DNA of 64,000 bases from Gammaproteobacteria bacterium (GTDB lineage Bacteria; Pseudomonadota; Gammaproteobacteria; JAKEHO01), in contig JAKEHO010000082.1 of assembly GCA_022614965.1 (NCBI GenBank), forward strand, positions 12,069-76,068, written 5' to 3'. Below, in pieces: positions 59,239 through 64,000 of this stretch. The notes under the pieces were generated by a model. That model ran no database searches, had not been told where the DNA came from, and was given only the letters and a program-made list of their open reading frames with translations. Made by a program: the position numbers and the translations under genes. Positions within the stretch are counted from its first letter, which is position 1. Each line of letters starts with the position of its first letter.

Positions 59239-60636
59239 ATGACCTTCCTCCCGGTTTTCTTCAACCTGAAAAAGCGGCCTTGCCTCGTGGTAGGCGGCGG
59301 GGATGTGGCCGCGCGGAAGGTCGCTCGCCTGCTGCTAGGAGAGGCAAAGGTGAGGGTCGTCTCCCCGGCTCTCAACCCAGAGCTTACACAACTACGCAAA
59401 GATCAGCGCATCACTCACGAGCGGAGCGACTTTTCCGACCATCACCTCAATGGTTGTGCGCTCGTCATCGCTGCGACCGATGACGGTGAGCTCAATCGAC
59501 GCGTCTCCGCACTCGCGCAGGCGCGCAACATCCCCGTCAACGTCGTTGACAACCCGGAACTCTGCACAATTATCATGCCGTCGATCGTCGATCGCGCCCC
59601 CGTACAGATCGCGATATCGACGGGCGGTGCCTCACCGGTGCTTGCAAGGCTTCTCCGCGCGCGCCTCGAGACGATGATCCCGGCCTCCTATGGTCGGCTC
59701 GCCACATTGATGGCGGAATTTCGCGGCAAGGTAAAGCAACGCTTCCCCGCGCTACGCGAGCGACGCCACTTCTGGGAGAAGGTCTTGCAGGGGCCTGTCG
59801 CCGAGATGCTCTTCGCCGGACAGGACAAAGCGGCCCTTGCCGCGCTGGAGCGCGAACTGGACCACACAGCCTCGAGTGAACAACCCTTGGGTGAGATCTA
59901 TCTCGTGGGTGGCGGCCCCGGCGATCCGGATCTCCTGACCTTTCGTGCACTCAGGCTAATGCAGCAGGCGGACATCGTATTGTATGACCGTCTGGTCGCC
60001 CCCGCCGTGCTGAAATTGACGCGTAAGGACGCCAAACGGATCTACGTGGGCAAAGAGCGAGACCAGCATGCCATAGGGCAGAACGAGATTAACGAAGTTC
60101 TGGTGCGGCTTGCGAAAGAAGGGAATCGGGTGCTGCGCCTCAAGGGCGGTGATCCGTTCATCTTCGGCCGGGGCGGTGAGGAGATCGAAACGCTATCGGC
60201 GGAAGGCATTCCGTTTCAGGTGGTGCCAGGTATCACCGCCGCCTCCGGCTGTGCATGCTATGCCGGGATCCCGTTGACCCACCGCGATTATGCCCACTCC
60301 TGCATCTTTGTCACGGCACACCTGAAGGATGACTCGATGGACCTGAACTGGGAGGCACTCGTCCAGCCTAAGCAGACCATTGCCGTCTACATGGGTGTCC
60401 ATGGCATTGATGTCCTGTGCCGTGAATTGATCGCCCACGGCATGCCCCCCGGAACTGCCGCAGCCCTGGTTCAGCAGGGTACGACGCAAAAGCAGCGGGT
60501 GTTTACCGGCACGGTACAAACACTGCCCGGGATTATCAAGGAACAGGAGATCCGCCCCCCCAGCATGATCATCGTTGGGGACGTCGTTAAGCTGCACGAA
60601 AAACTCGCCTGGTTCGAGCCGATCGCGTCCGACTGA
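59239..60636 (+). CDS. cysG: siroheme synthase (precorrin-2 dehydrogenase/ferrochelatase + SUMT)
   Basis: N-terminal VVGGGDVAARK Rossmann fold and C-terminal methyltransferase VGGGPGDPDLLT; 465 aa. Confidence 0.92.
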   Translation: MTFLPVFFNLKKRPCLVVGGGDVAARKVARLLLGEAKVRVVSPALNPELTQLRKDQRITHERSDFSDHHLNGCALVIAATDDGELNRRVSALAQARNIPVNVVDNPELCTIIMPSIVDRAPVQIAISTGGASPVLARLLRARLETMIPASYGRLATLMAEFRGKVKQRFPALRERRHFWEKVLQGPVAEMLFAGQDKAALAALERELDHTASSEQPLGEIYLVGGGPGDPDLLTFRALRLMQQADIVLYDRLVAPAVLKLTRKDAKRIYVGKERDQHAIGQNEINEVLVRLAKEGNRVLRLKGGDPFIFGRGGEEIETLSAEGIPFQVVPGITAASGCACYAGIPLTHRDYAHSCIFVTAHLKDDSMDLNWEALVQPKQTIAVYMGVHGIDVLCRELIAHGMPPGTAAALVQQGTTQKQRVFTGTVQTLPGIIKEQEIRPPSMIIVGDVVKLHEKLAWFEPIASD

Positions 60637-60729
60637 CTACCCCTGAATTGCCGGTGTCGGCTTCGACGTTCGCTCGCCAAAATTCCCCAAAAGAGTGCGC
60701 CCCTCCGTCTGCCCGGGAAACCTCAATTC

Positions 60730-61095
60730 TTACGCCGCAACCGTACCGGAGCGTCTGGCCTCGCCCGGCATCAACCGGTCAACCTTTGCAGCGCAGATAA
60801 AATCGTTCTCGGATAATCCCTTGATGGCGTGGGTCGTATAGTGAACCACGCAGCGGTTCCAACCCACCTCCATATCGGGATGATGGTCCTCCTGATGGGC
60901 AATCCAGGCTACCGCGTTTACAAACGCCATCGTCTGATAGTAATTCTTGAAATGGTAGGTCTTGCTGATCTGCGTCCGTGCCTCATTGAGTGCCCAGCCG
61001 TCAAGTTTGCTCTGTAACTCTTGGGCTTTCACCGTGCTTAATGGCTGAATACCCCCTTCACAGGGTTTGCAGCGTCTCATGGCGAGGTCGGTCAT
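60730..61095 (-). CDS. phhB: 4a-hydroxytetrahydrobiopterin dehydratase
   Basis: ..CKPCEGG.. and EDHHPDMEVGWN motifs; about 115-121 aa. Confidence 0.88.
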   Translation of the reverse strand: MTDLAMRRCKPCEGGIQPLSTVKAQELQSKLDGWALNEARTQISKTYHFKNYYQTMAFVNAVAWIAHQEDHHPDMEVGWNRCVVHYTTHAIKGLSENDFICAAKVDRLMPGEARRSGTVAA

Positions 61096-61272
61096 AGGGC
61101 ACGGGGCCTAGGGAGGTGGATCGGCAGTATTTAAATCATACCGCAGTCCCGCCCTGACATTCAAAGCGCCTGGCGGCATCCAACGCTGCGGCCAGCCCAC
61201 GCAGGGCCCAAACATGGTGGCGCCGGATTTATGCCAGTGGCCTGATGGGGATCAAGGCTGGAGTCTTGGAAT

Positions 61273-61330
61273 AAAAAAACGCCCGGTACTGCTCTAGGTG
61301 GGAGGAGGAGGAGGGTAAGAGCAAGTACCG
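61273..61330 (-). terminator. rho-independent terminator with an unusually large CCU-repeat loop
   Basis: On the minus strand, CGGTACTTGCTCT pairs with AGAGCAGTACCG. The loop is the 22-nt TACCCTCCTCCTCCTCCCACCT. GGCG plus a T7 run follows. Confidence 0.6.
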
Positions 61331-61567
61331 AGCAATTTAGATCATCATGGGAGGTTATGATGAGCGGCTGCAAGTCTAATAAAGATCGAGGATCAATACT
61401 GTGAAGTGATTCACAAAAACACTTTTTCATCCCACCGATCGCAAGGCGGATTCATGATGCAATTCACAAAACAAGAAAGTTCTGCGCAAGCGCCTCTATA
61501 AACTCGGCCTCAGCACTGCACTTGGGGAGGAGACGCCAGCTTTCTTTCGGCTGGCCGGAGGGTTAGT

Positions 61568-62014
61568 TCAGGGCACGTCCCTGGTGTGTATGAACGGCGA
61601 TGGCAGCCGAAGGGATTGGCGCACGTCTTGCCGGTATTTTTTCTGGCGGGCGCTCCTTAGCATCCTGAGCACTTCTGTTCGATCGAGGAAATCAGGCTCC
61701 GGGGTGAGGAGCTTAAACGTCAGCACCAGCTCATCGACGCTCATGGCGCCCTGAGTAAGATACTTGTACTCGCCAGATGGCGCGGACTGATCGGACAGAT
61801 CAAACAGATAGCCTGGTCGATCCGTCCCTTCGATGCCGCCCCGCTCCACCAGGGCTTTAAGCGCCTGTGGACTGGTGACGTCGCCGTCAATGGCTGTGTC
61901 CCAAAAGACGGTAACAAACAATTGGAAGCGCTTTGAGTCAAGCGGAGAAAACGTGATCGTAGGAAATTGATTGTAGGGAGGTTGAAAAAATATTGCCTGC
62001 CACGGCACCGGCAC
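61568..62014 (-). CDS. hypothetical protein (possibly the distal part of a TAG-interrupted gene)
   Basis: 148-aa ORF with a GTG start and no recognised motif. It is in frame with the 62048-62251 ORF, separated from it by TAG plus 11 sense codons. Confidence 0.5.
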   Translation of the reverse strand: MPVPWQAIFFQPPYNQFPTITFSPLDSKRFQLFVTVFWDTAIDGDVTSPQALKALVERGGIEGTDRPGYLFDLSDQSAPSGEYKYLTQGAMSVDELVLTFKLLTPEPDFLDRTEVLRMLRSARQKKYRQDVRQSLRLPSPFIHTRDVP

Positions 62015-62047
62015 ATCAAGTGTGAGTGCGCCATGTTCGGGAATGGG

Positions 62048-62251
62048 CTACTCCTCGTTTTTCGTCTCCAACACTTCCGCGCCCTCCGCCACACCGAGCA
62101 GCGCGGAGGGAATTGCCAGCAGTAGCGATAGACCGAGGACTAGAGAACATCCTAGCGCTACCAACCCTTGGGTGGTATCTCGAGCGGCGAGGGTAAGCCT
62201 CGTGGCGCGCTGTGGCAAACGTCCGCCGAAGGCAACTGCATCACACATCAC
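62048..62251 (-). CDS. small membrane-anchor ORF (possible N-terminal part of the interrupted gene)
   Basis: 67 aa with one hydrophobic helix (LVALGCSLVLGLSLLLAIPSALLGVA). Begins 17 nt after the methyltransferase stop. Confidence 0.35.
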   Translation of the reverse strand: MMCDAVAFGGRLPQRATRLTLAARDTTQGLVALGCSLVLGLSLLLAIPSALLGVAEGAEVLETKNEE

Positions 62252-62267
62252 GTCCCACCCCGGCTCT

Positions 62268-63047
62268 TCATGACACTTGCGGTTTGTACGCGAAGGCGAT
62301 CAGGGACTTCCTGCACGAGGGGACGGCGTCCCGTAGCGCCGAGCCCAACGAGCGGAGTCTATGCAGCCCAGTGCGATGCCTCCTGGATTTGAGAAAGGAA
62401 ACCTCGATATTAACGAGACCGGCGCATTCCAGCAGCATATACAGCTCAGCGCGCGTGAACTCCCGGTTGTGGCGCATGGGATAAAAGGAATGTCCCTTGT
62501 AGAGCACCGGCTTTTCATAGAGGTAGTGCTTTTTGTACTCAAAGGTGATGTGCTTGCCGCGCAGTATCCGGCTGCGATTTCGGAAATTGACGACGTTGGG
62601 GACGTCCACCTCGAGGATGCCGCCCGGGCGCAGAACCCGTTTGATCTCGGCCATCGTGCCGAGCGGTGAGTGGCTGAAATGTTCAAGGACCTGACAACAA
62701 GTCACCGCGTCGAAGGAATTATCCCGGAAGGGAAATTCGTCAATTTCGACGTTGCAGTTTCTGAATTCAATGCCCTTCTCCTTGAATATTTCCGGGTAGT
62801 CATCCGGTGTGTCAAACATATCGAGCGCCGTGCAGTCGTGCCCCAGCTCGTGCAGGAACGACAGCAGCACACCGTGCCCCGACCCCACATCGAGCACTTT
62901 CTTGTAGCCCTGCAGGGCCAGGGCGATATCGCAAAAGCGGTCAACGCTGCCACAAAAAAGGTCGTTGAGGATTTCCCTGTTGCGATCGAACAGCCGGCCA
63001 GCGCTCATCAGTTCCACGGCCTTCCTGTAAATCTCCTTCTTATTCAT
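62268..63047 (-). CDS. class I SAM-dependent methyltransferase
   Basis: Motif I VLDVGSGHGVL, an acidic loop ..TALDM, and a post-I/II region LRPGGILEV. ATG 63047 (AGGTGG just upstream) is preferred to the TTG at 63155. Confidence 0.8.
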   Translation of the reverse strand: MNKKEIYRKAVELMSAGRLFDRNREILNDLFCGSVDRFCDIALALQGYKKVLDVGSGHGVLLSFLHELGHDCTALDMFDTPDDYPEIFKEKGIEFRNCNVEIDEFPFRDNSFDAVTCCQVLEHFSHSPLGTMAEIKRVLRPGGILEVDVPNVVNFRNRSRILRGKHITFEYKKHYLYEKPVLYKGHSFYPMRHNREFTRAELYMLLECAGLVNIEVSFLKSRRHRTGLHRLRSLGSALRDAVPSCRKSLIAFAYKPQVS

Positions 63048-63148
63048 AGCCACCTGTAAGGGAGACAAACCCGTGTGTTGTTGCACGGAACTCACCGGCG
63101 GTAAGTCTAGCGAGGTCGCTGTGTCGGATACAGGCGATCCCGGGGCCT

Positions 63149-63556
63149 TCAACAAGGCAGCAATTGGAATCGCAGGAATGCCGCCTCGCCGTACGCCTCG
63201 GCCACGTAGGCGCGCTGAATGGCGTATGCCTCGCGTTCCCTGATGATCTGGTCATCACAACTTCCCGCGTCATACTTGCCGCTCAAGTCCTGGAGGTAGT
63301 GGACAAACTCGTGCACCAGGAGGCTCCTGGTAAAGGAGGTATCCTCGTCGCGCAATCGTTCGTCAATATAGACAACCCCCTTGTTGTCGTACCAGCCGAG
63401 GACCTTGCACTCCTTGCCCCGGCAAGCATTTTCGACAAAAAAGCTATGCGGCGCATACACAACGCTTGGAGGCTCCGCCGGCGCGGGATAACTCGATAAG
63501 TGAACTGCCCAGCTTAAAAGGACAGCGATGGTCTCGGCCATTTCCATGCTAGTCAA
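63149..63556 (-). CDS. hypothetical HExxH-motif protein (putative small metallopeptidase-like)
   Basis: 135 aa with a hydrophobic N-terminus and LLVHEFVHYLQD followed by ..REREAYAIQ... First gene of the minus-strand operon. Confidence 0.5.
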   Translation of the reverse strand: MTSMEMAETIAVLLSWAVHLSSYPAPAEPPSVVYAPHSFFVENACRGKECKVLGWYDNKGVVYIDERLRDEDTSFTRSLLVHEFVHYLQDLSGKYDAGSCDDQIIREREAYAIQRAYVAEAYGEAAFLRFQLLPC

Positions 63557-63859
63557 TTCTCACTGTGTAATCGCCATTTCGACCGATAAACGCCTTGCTG
63601 TCAAAAACATGGAGCGGCCAATTATGACTCGGCTACCAAAAAGCTTAACTTTTTGATGCCCAAAATACTAACGCCCATTTCGTTCCACCTATCGAACGTG
63701 CCCTGCAAGGGCCCGAATGCGAACGACTCATGGAAAAAGATTGAGAATACTAGACGCTTTGCAGGCCCTTGTTCCTTCCATAACTTTTGCTTTGTCCCAC
63801 ATCCCTGCTCCAGCCAGCTAACATTTGAGTATACGGCGCATGCGGTCTTTAATTGCCGC

Positions 63860-64000
63860 TCAAGCGGTCATATTGCAATCTAGCTCAATCTCACTTGTAT
63901 CTTGTAAGGTAACTCTTGTTGCCCCACCGACAATATACCGCTCGTGCGGTTTAACTCTGACGTCAAGAAAACATTCCCGACCCTTTTGCTCGATCACCCT
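63860..64000 (-). CDS. 3' end of an unidentified ORF entering from beyond the window
   Basis: The minus-strand frame is open from nt 64000 for 46 codons (RVIEQKGRECFLDVRVKPHERYIVGGATRVTLQDTSEIELDCNMTA) to TGA 63860-63862. No motif recognised. Confidence 0.3.
   Translation of the reverse strand, partial: RVIEQKGRECFLDVRVKPHERYIVGGATRVTLQDTSEIELDCNMTA

Noticed and set aside
61161-61430. 89-aa minus-strand ORF in the phhB-upstream spacer
   Set aside because: It reads straight through the terminator hairpin and T-tract, has no spacing between its putative SD and ATG, and has an implausible composition.

Overview
This 64-kb segment looks like gammaproteobacterial core chromosome, judged from gene content and synteny only. 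It is moderately GC-rich (not computed). About 60 coding regions are supportable. Housekeeping blocks are aceE-aceF-lpdA, argG, lysS-prfB-recJ-(unknown)-thrC-hom-alaC, tldD, aroC-prmB, htpG, mutS, fdxA, nth, rnfABCDG and rnfE, metG/apbC, dcd, cysG and phhB. I recognised no rRNA, tRNA, CRISPR array, transposase or integrase.

Four regions are not ordinary:
1. 10.0-13.7 kb holds an intact signal-peptide-bearing EGKCG-repeat peptide, an HvfA/oxazolin-type RiPP metallophore precursor. Its DUF692 (MNIO) and DUF2063 maturase genes have collapsed into one stop-interrupted remnant. A frameshifted ThDP-enzyme remnant, an aldehyde dehydrogenase and a DoxX gene lie next to it.
2. 36.2-47.3 kb is a dense signalling and envelope cluster. 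It contains DUF4124, a CHASE2-Ser/Thr kinase, PP2C and a tandem-FHA protein, converging on a CHASE2 adenylate/guanylate cyclase. The cyclase lies downstream of an Mla/MCE-type ABC operon. That operon is headed by an RsbW-type kinase and a phosphorylatable STAS protein whose stop overlaps the MlaE start, with no sigma factor nearby.
3. metG is split at an ATGA stop/start overlap into a catalytic body and a separate tRNA-binding domain. A perfect 10-bp hairpin abuts the junction.
4. 61.1-63.6 kb is a small minus-strand operon of unknown function: an HExxH protein, a SAM methyltransferase and a membrane-anchored protein interrupted by an in-frame TAG. It is followed by a roughly 230-nt untranslated tail and a terminator with a CCU-repeat loop.

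Other annotations include the prfB +1 frameshift site, a sigma32-like htpG promoter, two rho-independent terminators and an rnf operon interrupted by an oppositely oriented rlmI-like gene. All functional calls rest on motifs recognised by eye. No database search was run.
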